A stretch of DNA of 64,000 bases from an uncultured Chitinophagales bacterium. Lineage in GTDB: Bacteria > Bacteroidota > Bacteroidia > Chitinophagales > JADIYW01. How positions within the stretch are numbered: the stretch's first letter is position 1; every line of letters starts with the position of its first letter. Both the position numbers and the translations under genes were made by a program. The notes beneath the pieces were generated by a model that was not told the origin of the DNA, did no database searches, and worked only from the letters and a program-made list of their open reading frames with translations. Below are positions 28,582 through 38,717 of the stretch, piece after piece. The stretch lies in assembly GCA_964472755.1 (NCBI GenBank), contig CAYYMF010000001.1, forward strand, positions 2,381 through 66,380. Direction: 5' to 3'.

Positions 28582-29616
28582 TTAAAGATTACTTTTGATT
28601 GCTTGATTACATAACTTAAATAATACTCTCGCTCCAACATTGGCATTCCACTCTTTATCATTCGGATTTGGTGCAACTTCATTCAAATCGAACCCGATAA
28701 TTTTTTTACCGCTATCCACAACTTTTCTTGCCAAATAAATAGCTTCATTAAAAGTCAATCCACCAGGAACTGGCGTTCCTGTATTTGGGCAATACATTTG
28801 TTGTAATCCATCAATATCAAAGCTAATATACACTTTATCAGGCAATTCTGCTATGATTTCATAAACAATATTTTTCCAAGTCATGCCTTCTATTTTTCTG
28901 TCATTCAAATCCCAATCAAAAAATGTTTTTAATTTAGAATTATCTTGTGTAATCGCAAATTCATCAGGAGAAATATCTCTAATGCCTACTTGTACCAATT
29001 TTTTCACTTGTTCAATTTGAATTGCATTATACATAATTGAAGCATGGGAATAAGTAAATCCTTCATAAGCATTTCTTAAATCAGCATGTGCATCAATATG
29101 TAAAATACCAAAATCATTATGGTGCTGTGCTAAAGCTTGTAATAAACCGAGCGGCGTACTATGGTCGCCACCTAGCAGAGCCACCATTTTCCCATCTCTG
29201 ATAATTTTGTCTGTTTCTTCAAAAACCCAAGCTCTCAATTCATCGCAAGCGTTATTAATTTCCTCCAAACTATTTTGCATACTTTTATTTTCGGAAACTT
29301 GTATGCCATTCTCAAGTAAACGTATGTATTCAGCGGCTTTTGGTCGAAGTTGTTTGTTTTTCTGCTGCCAATATTCAGAGATTTGCAGAAGATAAGCCCC
29401 ATATTTATGAGCGTCTTTCAAAAAAGGGTCAAATAAATCTAATTGAGAACTAGCTTCTAAAATTGCCTCAGGACCTTGTGCCGCTCCAGTATTATAAGAA
29501 ACCGTAACTTCCCAAGGAACAGGCAGTATAATCAATTCAGCATCTTTATATTCGTGTGGCAATGAAAAGATATGTCCATTTTTTATACCTATATCATTAG
29601 GTTGAAAATCTAACAT
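28582..29616 (-). CDS. Ureohydrolase family protein (agmatinase / formimidoylglutamase / arginase-like)
   Basis: Mn-binding motifs GGDHS, HIDAHADL and SFDIDG. Confidence 0.8.
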   Translation of the reverse strand: MLDFQPNDIGIKNGHIFSLPHEYKDAELIILPVPWEVTVSYNTGAAQGPEAILEASSQLDLFDPFLKDAHKYGAYLLQISEYWQQKNKQLRPKAAEYIRLLENGIQVSENKSMQNSLEEINNACDELRAWVFEETDKIIRDGKMVALLGGDHSTPLGLLQALAQHHNDFGILHIDAHADLRNAYEGFTYSHASIMYNAIQIEQVKKLVQVGIRDISPDEFAITQDNSKLKTFFDWDLNDRKIEGMTWKNIVYEIIAELPDKVYISFDIDGLQQMYCPNTGTPVPGGLTFNEAIYLARKVVDSGKKIIGFDLNEVAPNPNDKEWNANVGARVLFKLCNQAIKSNL

Positions 29617-29645
29617 GATTAATTTTTTTATAAAAATAGGAAAAA

Positions 29646-30368
29646 CTATTTAATAATGTGCTGAATAACAACACTCGCACAAGCACCACCAAAAGCAGCG
29701 GGCATAAAAGAAATAGTACCGTAAGAAGATCGTTTGAAATTGCTACCATCGGTCATTATAATTCTTTTTTCACTTTGTAATTCTGGAGAGAAAACAACTT
29801 TAAATCCTTTGTAGATTTTTTCTTTTTTCAATCTTTTGCGTACATACTTTACCAAAGGACAATCGTGTGTTTTGGATAAGTCTGCTACTTTAATTCTCGT
29901 AACATCTAATTTACCACCAGCTCCACCACTAGAAACAATTTTTACTTTATTTCGGTACGCAGCTATTAATAAATTTAATTTTGGTGAAATACTATCTATG
30001 GCATCTACTACATAGTTGTATTTATCAGCAGTAATAATTTCTTGTGCTTTTTCTGGTGATAAAAAAGTTTTAATTACGGTCAATTGGATTTCAGGATTGA
30101 TGTCTTTAATTCGTTCAGCCATCCAATCTGCTTTAGATTTTCCAATTGTAGAAATGGAAGCTGGCAATTGTCTATTTCGGTTGGTATCGTCCACGATATC
30201 ACCATCAACAATGGTCATTTTTCCAACGCCAGCTCGTGCAATAAATTCGGCACAATAAGAGCCAACGCCACCCAAGCCAACCACTAAAACATGTGCTTGA
30301 ATTAGTTTTTGTAACTTTTCTTCTCCAATCAAAAGTTCTGTTCTGGAAAGCCAAGCGGTATTTTGCAT
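29646..30368 (-). CDS. tcdA: tRNA threonylcarbamoyladenosine dehydratase (ThiF/E1-like)
   Basis: VVGLGGVGS nucleotide-binding loop, ...DGDIVDDTNRNRQ.... 240 aa. Confidence 0.85.
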   Translation of the reverse strand: MQNTAWLSRTELLIGEEKLQKLIQAHVLVVGLGGVGSYCAEFIARAGVGKMTIVDGDIVDDTNRNRQLPASISTIGKSKADWMAERIKDINPEIQLTVIKTFLSPEKAQEIITADKYNYVVDAIDSISPKLNLLIAAYRNKVKIVSSGGAGGKLDVTRIKVADLSKTHDCPLVKYVRKRLKKEKIYKGFKVVFSPELQSEKRIIMTDGSNFKRSSYGTISFMPAAFGGACASVVIQHIIK

Positions 30369-30397
30369 TGCTAAAAAAGAATAATAATTACAAAAGT

Positions 30398-32161
30398 TTA
30401 TCTATTCATCATCAATAAAAATTCTTCATTGCTGCGTGTCCCTTTCATTTGATTCAATAAGAATTTCATAGCTTCTTCAGAAGTCATATCAGCTAAATGA
30501 TTTCTTAGAATCCACATTTTTGATAAGGTGTCTTTGTCTAATAATAAATCGTCTCTTCTCGTTGAGGAAGAAGTAACATCAATCGCTGGGAAAATTCGTT
30601 TATTGGCTAATTTTCTGTCTAATTGTAATTCCATATTTCCAGTACCTTTAAATTCTTCAAAGATAACTTCATCCATTTTAGAACCTGTTTCAATTAGAGC
30701 TGTCGCAACAATAGTTAATGAACCACCGTTTTCAATATTTCTTGCTGCACCAAAAAACTGTTTTGGTTTGTGTAAAGCATTTGCTTCCACACCACCCGAC
30801 AATACTTTTCCAGAAGATGGCGCAACCGTATTATAAGCTCTCGCCAATCTTGTAATTGAATCTAATAAAATCACCACATCATGTCCGCATTCCACTAATC
30901 TTTTTGCTTTTTGCAAAACAATATTTGAAACTTTAACGTGTCTATCAGCAGGCTCATCAAAAGTAGAAGCTACAACTTCAGCATTAACACTGCGTTGCAT
31001 ATCTGTAACCTCTTCAGGTCTTTCGTCAATTAAAAGAACAATTAAATATACTTCAGGATGGTTTTTTGCAATTGCATTGGCAACATCTTTTAATAGCATT
31101 GTTTTTCCAACTTTTGGTTGGGCAACAATCATTCCTCTTTGTCCTTTTCCAATTGGTGTAAATAAATCAACGACTCTTGTGGTTAGATGTCTGTCATCTT
31201 GGAATAAGTTTAATTTTTCATTCGGGAACAAAGGCGTTAAATAATCGAATGGAATTCTATCTCTAATTTCTTGAGGTGTTTTGCCGTTGATACTATCCAC
31301 TTTTAATAAAGCAAAATATTTTTCACCTTCTTTTGGAGGTCGAATCGTACCAACAATAGTATCGCCTGTTTTTAATCCGATTAATTTTATTTGTCCTGGA
31401 GAAACATACACATCATCTGGAGATGAAAGATAGTTGTAATCTGACGAGCGTAAGAAACCATAACCTTCTGGAATAATTTCTAAAACGCCTTCGCCTGGAA
31501 TCACACCATCTAAATCAATATTAAAGACTTCTTTCTTTTCTTCTTCGATAAGATTTTCATTCTCTACAACAACTTCATTATTGTTGTTTTCGTTGTTATT
31601 ATTTCTATTATTATTTCCGTTTTGATGATTGGGATATTTTGGATGTTTATTGTGATTAGGTTTATGTTCAAATGGTTTTTTTTCAAGTATTTTTTCTTCT
31701 ACTTTCTCTTCTTCAATACTATCTTTTAATTGTACTGCCTGAGGTGCATTTTCTTTAAGTTCAGGAGATGCGGGAGTGTTTGAGCTAACTTTATGAACAA
31801 CTTTGTTTATTCTGTTTCTTATCTTTTTATCATTATTAGCTACAACATTTTCTTGATTAGTATCCTGATTTACCACATTTGCATCGCTCGTAGCTTCTAA
31901 ATTCTGTTTAGTAGATTCCGAATCAATTCTAATTTGTTCAACTTCTTGATGAGTAGGTTCTTTTTGAACTTCATCAATAGGAGTTATAGTCATTTTATTA
32001 ATAGGCTCTTCAGAAGTATTGTTATTGGCTTGTTTTAAAATAAGCTCAATCATTTCTCCTTTTTTTAATTTGCTAATTTTAGTTTTTGGTATAAGCATTG
32101 ATTCTGCAATTGCCTTTAAATCCGATACCGATAAAACGTTTAGTTGTTCTGCATTATGCAT
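30398..32161 (-). CDS. rho: Transcription termination factor Rho with a long N-terminal insertion
   Basis: Rho_N helix (residues 1-43), then about 165 low-complexity residues, then the CSD-like RNA-binding domain (GYGFLR) and the RecA domain (Walker A AQPKVGKT). Confidence 0.97.
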   Translation of the reverse strand: MHNAEQLNVLSVSDLKAIAESMLIPKTKISKLKKGEMIELILKQANNNTSEEPINKMTITPIDEVQKEPTHQEVEQIRIDSESTKQNLEATSDANVVNQDTNQENVVANNDKKIRNRINKVVHKVSSNTPASPELKENAPQAVQLKDSIEEEKVEEKILEKKPFEHKPNHNKHPKYPNHQNGNNNRNNNNENNNNEVVVENENLIEEEKKEVFNIDLDGVIPGEGVLEIIPEGYGFLRSSDYNYLSSPDDVYVSPGQIKLIGLKTGDTIVGTIRPPKEGEKYFALLKVDSINGKTPQEIRDRIPFDYLTPLFPNEKLNLFQDDRHLTTRVVDLFTPIGKGQRGMIVAQPKVGKTMLLKDVANAIAKNHPEVYLIVLLIDERPEEVTDMQRSVNAEVVASTFDEPADRHVKVSNIVLQKAKRLVECGHDVVILLDSITRLARAYNTVAPSSGKVLSGGVEANALHKPKQFFGAARNIENGGSLTIVATALIETGSKMDEVIFEEFKGTGNMELQLDRKLANKRIFPAIDVTSSSTRRDDLLLDKDTLSKMWILRNHLADMTSEEAMKFLLNQMKGTRSNEEFLLMMNR

Positions 32162-32437
32162 ATAAGAATAAATAAGATTTGTGTTTTAAAAACATGAATT
32201 GTCTATAATAAAATGTCAATAGGAAGTTTGCAATGAATAATTGCCTGACTTGTTTTGATGTTGCAAAGTAAATACTTTTTTTATAAAAAAACTATTTTTC
32301 TTATAAAAATCTCTTGAATCTACTAAAAATCTTAATTTTTAAAGAATATTAAAAGAATTTGTTATATCACTTTTAAGAATTTTTATTACTTGAAGTCTGT
32401 CTTTTTGTGTATTTTGTAATTCGAAATTTAACTATAA

Positions 32438-33382
32438 ATGTTGTTTGGTTCAATATGGAAAGATTTAAAGTGGCACTTGAAATTTGGTGTACCATTGACT
32501 AAAATAATTTATGCAAATGTCTTTGTTTTCCTATTGTTGAGTTTTTTGAACGTGATAGATTTTTTTTCAAAACTTCATACAAGTACTTGGTTATTAGAGC
32601 ATCTTTCATTTTATTCTTCTAGGCAGTTTTTCTTCCAACCATGGGGAATTTTGACTTATCAGTTTACGCATATAGGGTTTATGCATATTTTATTTAATAT
32701 GTTGTGGTTGTATTGGTTTGGAATGATTGTTCAAGATTTTCTAGGTCGAAATAAAATTGTACCATTATATCTTTTAGGTGGTTTTTTTGGTGCTGTATTT
32801 TTCGCATTAATTACGAATTTAATACAATTAGCAGATCCAAGTTTTAATTTGAATGGCTCTATGCACGGGGCATCTGCTGGCGTAATGGCTATCGTTTGGG
32901 CAGCGGCTACTTTGTCGCCAAATTATGAAATAAGATTATTGCTTTTAGGTAATATAAAACTGAAATGGATTGCATTGTCGATTTTAGTGTTAGATATTAT
33001 AATGCTCAATGATGGTAATTTTGGTGGACATATTGCCCATATTGGCGGAGCTTTTTTTGGCTGGTTATATATTACATTACTTAGAAATGGTAAAGATTTG
33101 ACACATCCTTTTTATGATGTAGTAGATTTCTTTAAATTAAAATTTAAGAAAAAAGAAAAGTTGAAAGTTGTTTATAGAAAACCACAACAACAACAAAAAG
33201 TTTATGCAGGTCAAGAAAAAAAGCAACAAAGCAATAAAAAAGAAAGTGAATTTTCGGAACTTAATAAACGGGAAAAACAGGAAAGACTTGACAATATATT
33301 AGACAAAATAAATTCATCGGGATACGATAGTTTGACGAGTGCTGAAAAAGAATTTTTATTCAAAATAAGTAAAGAAGATTGA
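32438..33382 (+). CDS. Rhomboid family intramembrane serine protease
   Basis: GASAGVMA (catalytic Ser), HIAHIGGAFFG (catalytic His), and a charged C-terminal tail. Confidence 0.88.
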   Translation: MLFGSIWKDLKWHLKFGVPLTKIIYANVFVFLLLSFLNVIDFFSKLHTSTWLLEHLSFYSSRQFFFQPWGILTYQFTHIGFMHILFNMLWLYWFGMIVQDFLGRNKIVPLYLLGGFFGAVFFALITNLIQLADPSFNLNGSMHGASAGVMAIVWAAATLSPNYEIRLLLLGNIKLKWIALSILVLDIIMLNDGNFGGHIAHIGGAFFGWLYITLLRNGKDLTHPFYDVVDFFKLKFKKKEKLKVVYRKPQQQQKVYAGQEKKQQSNKKESEFSELNKREKQERLDNILDKINSSGYDSLTSAEKEFLFKISKED

Positions 33383-34476
33383 AATTTTTACATTTCATCA
33401 TATCATTTTTCTCTCGAACTATCAATATTTTTGTTGTTGTTGGCTTGTTGGTCTGTTTGTCTGCAAGTTATATTAGTCCAGAAAAATTTGGATTGATAGC
33501 CGTATTGGGTTTTGTGTTTCCGATTTTTGTTGCATTAAATCTATTGTTTGTACTTATTTGGATACTTCGTAAGCGATGGTTTTTTATGGTTTCTTTTATT
33601 GCATTAGTATTGAGTGCAGCTCAAATTGTGCAACTTATTGGGTTTAGAAAAAGCCAAGTAAATAGTGAGCCTAATATAAAAATCATGTCTTATAATGTGC
33701 GAAATTTTGATTTGTATAATTGGAGTGAGAATAAGCAAGCACAAGACAAAATTTTCGAAACGATAGAAGAAGAAAATCCTGATATTATTTGTTTTCAAGA
33801 ATTTTATACAGATGCCTCTGAGAATTTTAACACCATTAAACGCTTAAAAAAATTAGGATATAAGCACTATTTTTTTGTAAGAGAATTGGTTTTACGAAAT
33901 ACAGATGAATGGGGCATTGCCACTTTTTCAAAATTGCCAATTGTATCATCTAATAAAATTTTGAAAGAAGATGAAAGTAATAGTTACAAAAGGTTTCCCT
34001 ATAAAGGTATTTCAACTGATGTTATATTTCAAGATAAGCAAATTAGAATTTTTAATGTACATCTTCAATCTATACACTTTGGAAGAAATGAATATCAAGT
34101 TATTGAAGATTTAAAAGGAAAGGAAATAGAAGAAAATGCCGTTAAAAAAATGCTTAGAAAATTAAGAAATGCTTTTCAAAAACGAGCTGTACAAACAAGA
34201 ACTTTTTTGTCAATATTAGAACAACAAAAGCAACCATATATCATTTGTGGTGATTTGAATGACCTGCCCAATTCATATACTTATAATAAACTTGCTAAAA
34301 ATATGAATGATGCCTTTTTGCAAAATAATATAGGTATTGGTCAAACTTTTAATCGCATTCCATTATTGAGAATTGATTATATTTTGACAACAAAAGATTT
34401 TAAAACAAGTGATTGTAGAGTGATTAAAAATCCAATTTCTGACCACTATCCAATTGTTTCCAAAGTTGGGTTCTAA
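33379..34476 (+). CDS. Endonuclease/exonuclease/phosphatase (EEP) family membrane protein
   Basis: N-terminal TM segments, MSYNVRNF, and C-terminal SDHYPI. TTG start overlaps the rhomboid stop codon by 4 nt, so the start is uncertain. Confidence 0.8.
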   Translation: MKFLHFIISFFSRTINIFVVVGLLVCLSASYISPEKFGLIAVLGFVFPIFVALNLLFVLIWILRKRWFFMVSFIALVLSAAQIVQLIGFRKSQVNSEPNIKIMSYNVRNFDLYNWSENKQAQDKIFETIEEENPDIICFQEFYTDASENFNTIKRLKKLGYKHYFFVRELVLRNTDEWGIATFSKLPIVSSNKILKEDESNSYKRFPYKGISTDVIFQDKQIRIFNVHLQSIHFGRNEYQVIEDLKGKEIEENAVKKMLRKLRNAFQKRAVQTRTFLSILEQQKQPYIICGDLNDLPNSYTYNKLAKNMNDAFLQNNIGIGQTFNRIPLLRIDYILTTKDFKTSDCRVIKNPISDHYPIVSKVGF

Positions 34477-34505
34477 AAATTGTTATTATCTAATTTCTAT
34501 TTGTT

Positions 34506-36161
34506 TTACTCCCAAACCACACTTTCTTTTTGCTGATACCAATTTTGATAAGCATCTTGTTTTTGTTTTTCTAAGATATTGCGTTTTACTTTTAATGTTG
34601 GTGTTAATAGGTTGTTTTCAACTGTCCATTCCTCGTTCATAATCACGACTTTTTTCATTCGCTCATGTTTTTCTAATCCTTTATTGACAGAAGTTGCTAA
34701 TTCTTCTAATTCTTTATCCACCTCATTTTTGTTTTTGCCTTTTGCTTCTTCAGATAGTACAACCAATGCCATTGTTTGTGGTAAGTTTGCTCCAACCACA
34801 CAAACTTGTTCAATTAAAGTAGATTTAGAAAGTTCGTTTTCAATTGGTGCCGGAGCAACATATTTTCCTTTGTCCGTTTTGAAAATATCTTTAACTCTTC
34901 CAGTTATAGTTAAAAACCCTTTATTGTCTTCAACACCTTGGTCGCCAGTACACAACCAGCCATCTTCGGTAATGGTTTCTCTGGTTTTTTCAGGTTCTTT
35001 GTAATAGCCCACCATTATTGCAGCACTTTTTACTTGTATTTCTCCTTCTTCAGAAAATCGCACTTCATTGAAAGGTAATGAACAACCAACACTACCGACT
35101 TTCCTTGCATTTGGCAAACTTAAATGTGAATAAGCACAGTTTTCTGTCATCGCATAAGCTTCGTAAATTCTAAATCCAATATGATCAAACCAATTGGTCG
35201 TTGCAACAGGAAGTGGAGCAGCTCCGCTTAATAAATATTTGGCATTTTCCAAGCCTAAACCCTCTTTAATTTTTTTCTTAATCAAATTATTTATGATAGG
35301 AATCCGCATCAATATATCTAATTTACTTTGATTCATTTTTGCTAAAATCCCCATTTGGAATTTAGTCCAAATTCTTGGAACAGCTAAGAAAACCGTGGGC
35401 TTCGTTTCCTTCAAATTCATTGGAAATGTCTCTAAGCTTTCTGCAAATGACATTGTTCCGCCAGAATAAATACTACCCATTTCTACTAACATTCTTTCTG
35501 CAATATGTGATAATGGCAAATAGGAGAAAAACCTATCTTCAGGACTTAAATTATCTAACAATTTCATGGCATTGGCAGCCGCAAAACCTATTGCTCCATA
35601 TCTATGCAAAACGCCTTTTGGCAATCCAGTTGTACCTGATGTATAAATAATCGTAATTAAATCATCGGGATTGGGAATAGGATTCTCCATTAATGGCTCA
35701 GTATTTTTCATAATATCTTCCCAATTGATATAGCCATCGTAATATTCTGACCACATTGGAAAATTTATAACCTTTACACCTTCAGGAATACCGTGTGCTT
35801 GTGTTTTCCAATTGTCTAATTTTCCTACAAAACAAACCTTAGCCTCACTGTGTTCTAAACAATATTTTATCAAATCGCCAGGAATAGTGGGATACAATGG
35901 AACAGAAATATGACCAGACATCATAATAGCCAAATCGCTCATAATCCAATGCATACTATTTTTAGATATAATTGCAATTTTTGAATGCTCAGGTAGATTT
36001 AAGGATTTTAAATAATTAGCCATTTTTCTAATTTCAGTACCAGCTTGTGCCCACGTAACGGACAGCCATTGACCTTGATAGGCTTGTCTAAAAAAAGTCT
36101 TATTGGGTTGTGTATTTTCCCAATGATAAAATCGTTCTAAAGGCGATTCGTATTTTTCCAT
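34506..36161 (-). CDS. AMP-dependent long-chain fatty acid-CoA ligase
   Basis: AMP-binding motif YTSGTTGLPKGV; ...GWLCTGDQG...GRVKDIFKTDKGKYVAP. Confidence 0.88.
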   Translation of the reverse strand: MEKYESPLERFYHWENTQPNKTFFRQAYQGQWLSVTWAQAGTEIRKMANYLKSLNLPEHSKIAIISKNSMHWIMSDLAIMMSGHISVPLYPTIPGDLIKYCLEHSEAKVCFVGKLDNWKTQAHGIPEGVKVINFPMWSEYYDGYINWEDIMKNTEPLMENPIPNPDDLITIIYTSGTTGLPKGVLHRYGAIGFAAANAMKLLDNLSPEDRFFSYLPLSHIAERMLVEMGSIYSGGTMSFAESLETFPMNLKETKPTVFLAVPRIWTKFQMGILAKMNQSKLDILMRIPIINNLIKKKIKEGLGLENAKYLLSGAAPLPVATTNWFDHIGFRIYEAYAMTENCAYSHLSLPNARKVGSVGCSLPFNEVRFSEEGEIQVKSAAIMVGYYKEPEKTRETITEDGWLCTGDQGVEDNKGFLTITGRVKDIFKTDKGKYVAPAPIENELSKSTLIEQVCVVGANLPQTMALVVLSEEAKGKNKNEVDKELEELATSVNKGLEKHERMKKVVIMNEEWTVENNLLTPTLKVKRNILEKQKQDAYQNWYQQKESVVWE

Positions 36162-36288
36162 TCGCTTTTGTTTATATTATTTTAAAAATAAGGAAATCTT
36201 TTGTAAATACAAGTTTTTTGAATAAAATTTCAAAACACTATTTTAGTTTAATGTAGAATAATTCGTTTATCTTTTGTATTTTAGTTAC

Positions 36289-37527
36289 ATGCAATTGGAT
36301 ATTCAAATACCTGATGTTGTGATGGAGCTTCAGAATAAATTAAAAGCGAACCAAGAGCAATTGCATTTTCTGTTAAATATTACAGAAGCAATTAATATGA
36401 ATTGTTCTACGGATCAATTAATAGAGCTATATCAAGAAGTCATACAGGAGCAATTAGGCGTTGGAGAAATTGCATTCTTTGTCTTTAATGGTGTTTGGAA
36501 AAGAAAAATATGGTTAAAAGAAGAAGAACAAGATACTTTTATTCCAATTGCTGATAATATTCATAAATATATTACTCCCAAAATTTTAGACGAAGAAGAA
36601 CAACAGCTTTTTCATAATTTTAAATTTTTAATACCAGTATATCATAAATCACAAGCCATAGCTTTTGTGTTGTTCGGGAATATGAATACGGATAGTTTCT
36701 TTAATGAAACTGAATTATTAGAGTTTGCTCAAATCATTACCAATATTATTGCAGTTGCCCTAGAAAATAAAAGACTTTTCAAGCAAGAAATTGATAAAAA
36801 AGAATACGAAAAAGAATTAGAATTAGCTTCAAAGGTTCAAGGTATGCTAATTCCTAAAAAGTTGCCCAAAAATAATTTATATGAGTTTGATGGAATTTAT
36901 GTTCCATACAAAGGTATTGGAGGCGATTATTATGATGTAATCCATATCAATAAAAATGAATTTGTATTCTGTGTGGCAGATATTTCTGGAAAAGGAATTT
37001 CAGCAGCCTTAGTAATGGCAAATATTCAGGCATATTTGAATGCCGTTTTGGATATGCAAATATCTTTAGAAATGCTAATTCATAAATTAAATAAGAAAAT
37101 ATTTACAGTAACAGAAGGAAATATGTTTGTTACCTTGTTTTTGGCAAAATACAATATTGTAAGTAAGGAGATGACGTATATTAATTGTGGACATGTACCT
37201 CCGATAATGATTCATCCTCATCAATTGCAATTATTAGACAAAGGGACTACTATGTTGGGCGTTTTTGAAGATTTACCTAAAATGAGTTCTGAAACAATTA
37301 CTATAAAAGAAGAAACCAGTATTATTTGTTATACAGATGGTTTAACTGAATTAGAAAATGATAATAACAAGCAGTTTGGAATGAATCTTTTATTGGATTT
37401 TGTAAAGCTCAATTACCAATTTAATCCTGCATTATTTAATAAGTTATTGCATGAGCATATTTCAAAATATAAAGGCAACTCATTATTTAATGATGATATC
37501 AGTATATTGACAGGAAAATTCTATTAG
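36289..37527 (+). CDS. GAF-domain PP2C/SpoIIE-family protein phosphatase (RsbU-like)
   Basis: GIGGDYYDVI ... CVADISGKGISAAL ... YTDGLTE. The ATG at 36289 is preferred over the TTG at 36274. Confidence 0.85.
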   Translation: MQLDIQIPDVVMELQNKLKANQEQLHFLLNITEAINMNCSTDQLIELYQEVIQEQLGVGEIAFFVFNGVWKRKIWLKEEEQDTFIPIADNIHKYITPKILDEEEQQLFHNFKFLIPVYHKSQAIAFVLFGNMNTDSFFNETELLEFAQIITNIIAVALENKRLFKQEIDKKEYEKELELASKVQGMLIPKKLPKNNLYEFDGIYVPYKGIGGDYYDVIHINKNEFVFCVADISGKGISAALVMANIQAYLNAVLDMQISLEMLIHKLNKKIFTVTEGNMFVTLFLAKYNIVSKEMTYINCGHVPPIMIHPHQLQLLDKGTTMLGVFEDLPKMSSETITIKEETSIICYTDGLTELENDNNKQFGMNLLLDFVKLNYQFNPALFNKLLHEHISKYKGNSLFNDDISILTGKFY

Positions 37528-37528
37528 A

Positions 37529-38662
37529 ATGATTTTTATTAGAATATTTTTTAGCTTTCTTTTCTTAATAAGTGTTATAAATATTTTTGCAAAAGAGAAA
37601 ATTATACCAAATCATAATTTTGGATTAGATGCTAGTTATCAAATAGGAAAAGTTTTTAAACACACCAAAAATTTTCAACCAACGATAACTGGAGCAACAA
37701 ACGTTTTTCAGATTTCAGCTTTTAAGCAAACGAATGGCAAAAAGGATTGGCAAAGAAAACTAAAATATCCTGAATTAGGTGGAGGCTTTATTGCATTATT
37801 ACATCATAATAGTGATACCATAGGCAATGGATATGCAGCATTTGCATATTTTACATACCCATTTGTCAGAAGTAGATTTGTTGATTTTATTTTAAGATTT
37901 TCTGGAGGATTCGCCTATGACTCAAATGTTTATGACGAGCAAAGTAACCCAGTCAATAATGCTATGGCATCACCTATAAATATTTTTGTAGAAGCCCGAT
38001 TAGGTTTAAATTTTAAGATATATAAAAATGTTGAATTGATTACAGGAATAGCATTTGCACATTATTCTAGTGGAGGTACAAGATTACCCAATCTTGGACT
38101 TAATACGCCAACTTTTTTACTTGGATTAAGATATATAGGCATTTCTAAAAAGGCGACACCATTCAATACCGACCCAGTTGAAAAATCACAATATAAAAAT
38201 GAATTGGGCTTCTTATTAAATACTGGCTGGAGTGATATTACAAAATTTGATAAAGACAAAAGTCATATTATCACATCGGGTTCGGTACAATATGCACGCT
38301 ATTTTAATATCGTTAATAAGTTATATTGTGGTGCATTATTGGAATTTGATTTTGGACAACCACATTTGCAAGAAAACAGACTATTGGTTCAAGATAAATT
38401 AATAAAGAAAGCAGCAAGCAGAATGAGTATTTATGTAGGTAATGAAATTGCATTTGGACGAACGTCTATTTTTTATGCATTAGGAGTTTATTTATTTACG
38501 CCTTATAAAATGTTTACGCCGATATATTTTAAAATTGGTACGAATATTAATTTCTTGGCTTTAGGTAAGAAGAATCGGCCATATTTTAATTTTGGTGTTA
38601 AAGCACATGCTGGGATCGCATCTTATACTGAAATAGGCTTAGGTAGTAATTTTAAATACTAA
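37529..38662 (+). CDS. Outer-membrane beta-barrel protein, acyloxyacyl hydrolase / PagL-like
   Basis: Signal peptide, alternating beta-strand pattern, terminal aromatic residue (..NFKY), and the QTNGKKDWQRKLKYPELG block seen in Bacteroidota proteins annotated as acyloxyacyl hydrolase. The assignment is from memory only. Confidence 0.5.
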   Translation: MIFIRIFFSFLFLISVINIFAKEKIIPNHNFGLDASYQIGKVFKHTKNFQPTITGATNVFQISAFKQTNGKKDWQRKLKYPELGGGFIALLHHNSDTIGNGYAAFAYFTYPFVRSRFVDFILRFSGGFAYDSNVYDEQSNPVNNAMASPINIFVEARLGLNFKIYKNVELITGIAFAHYSSGGTRLPNLGLNTPTFLLGLRYIGISKKATPFNTDPVEKSQYKNELGFLLNTGWSDITKFDKDKSHIITSGSVQYARYFNIVNKLYCGALLEFDFGQPHLQENRLLVQDKLIKKAASRMSIYVGNEIAFGRTSIFYALGVYLFTPYKMFTPIYFKIGTNINFLALGKKNRPYFNFGVKAHAGIASYTEIGLGSNFKY

Positions 38663-38671
38663 ATAAAAATA

Positions 38672-38699
38672 AAAAAGTCCGCCAAAAGGCGGACTCATA
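38672..38699. terminator. Bidirectional terminator between convergent genes
   Basis: Stem gtccgcc (38677-38683) / ggcggac (38688-38694) with loop aaaa. The plus-strand A-run gives a T-run on the minus strand, downstream of the OmpA-family gene. Confidence 0.8.
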
Positions 38700-38717
38700 A
38701 ATTAAAGCATTAAGCTA

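Noticed and set aside
31553-31636. Asn-codon run in rho as a slippage-prone microsatellite or phase-variation tract
   Set aside because: The run is an irregular mix of AAT and AAC interrupted by other codons, not a perfect tandem repeat. Any slippage by whole codons would stay in frame.
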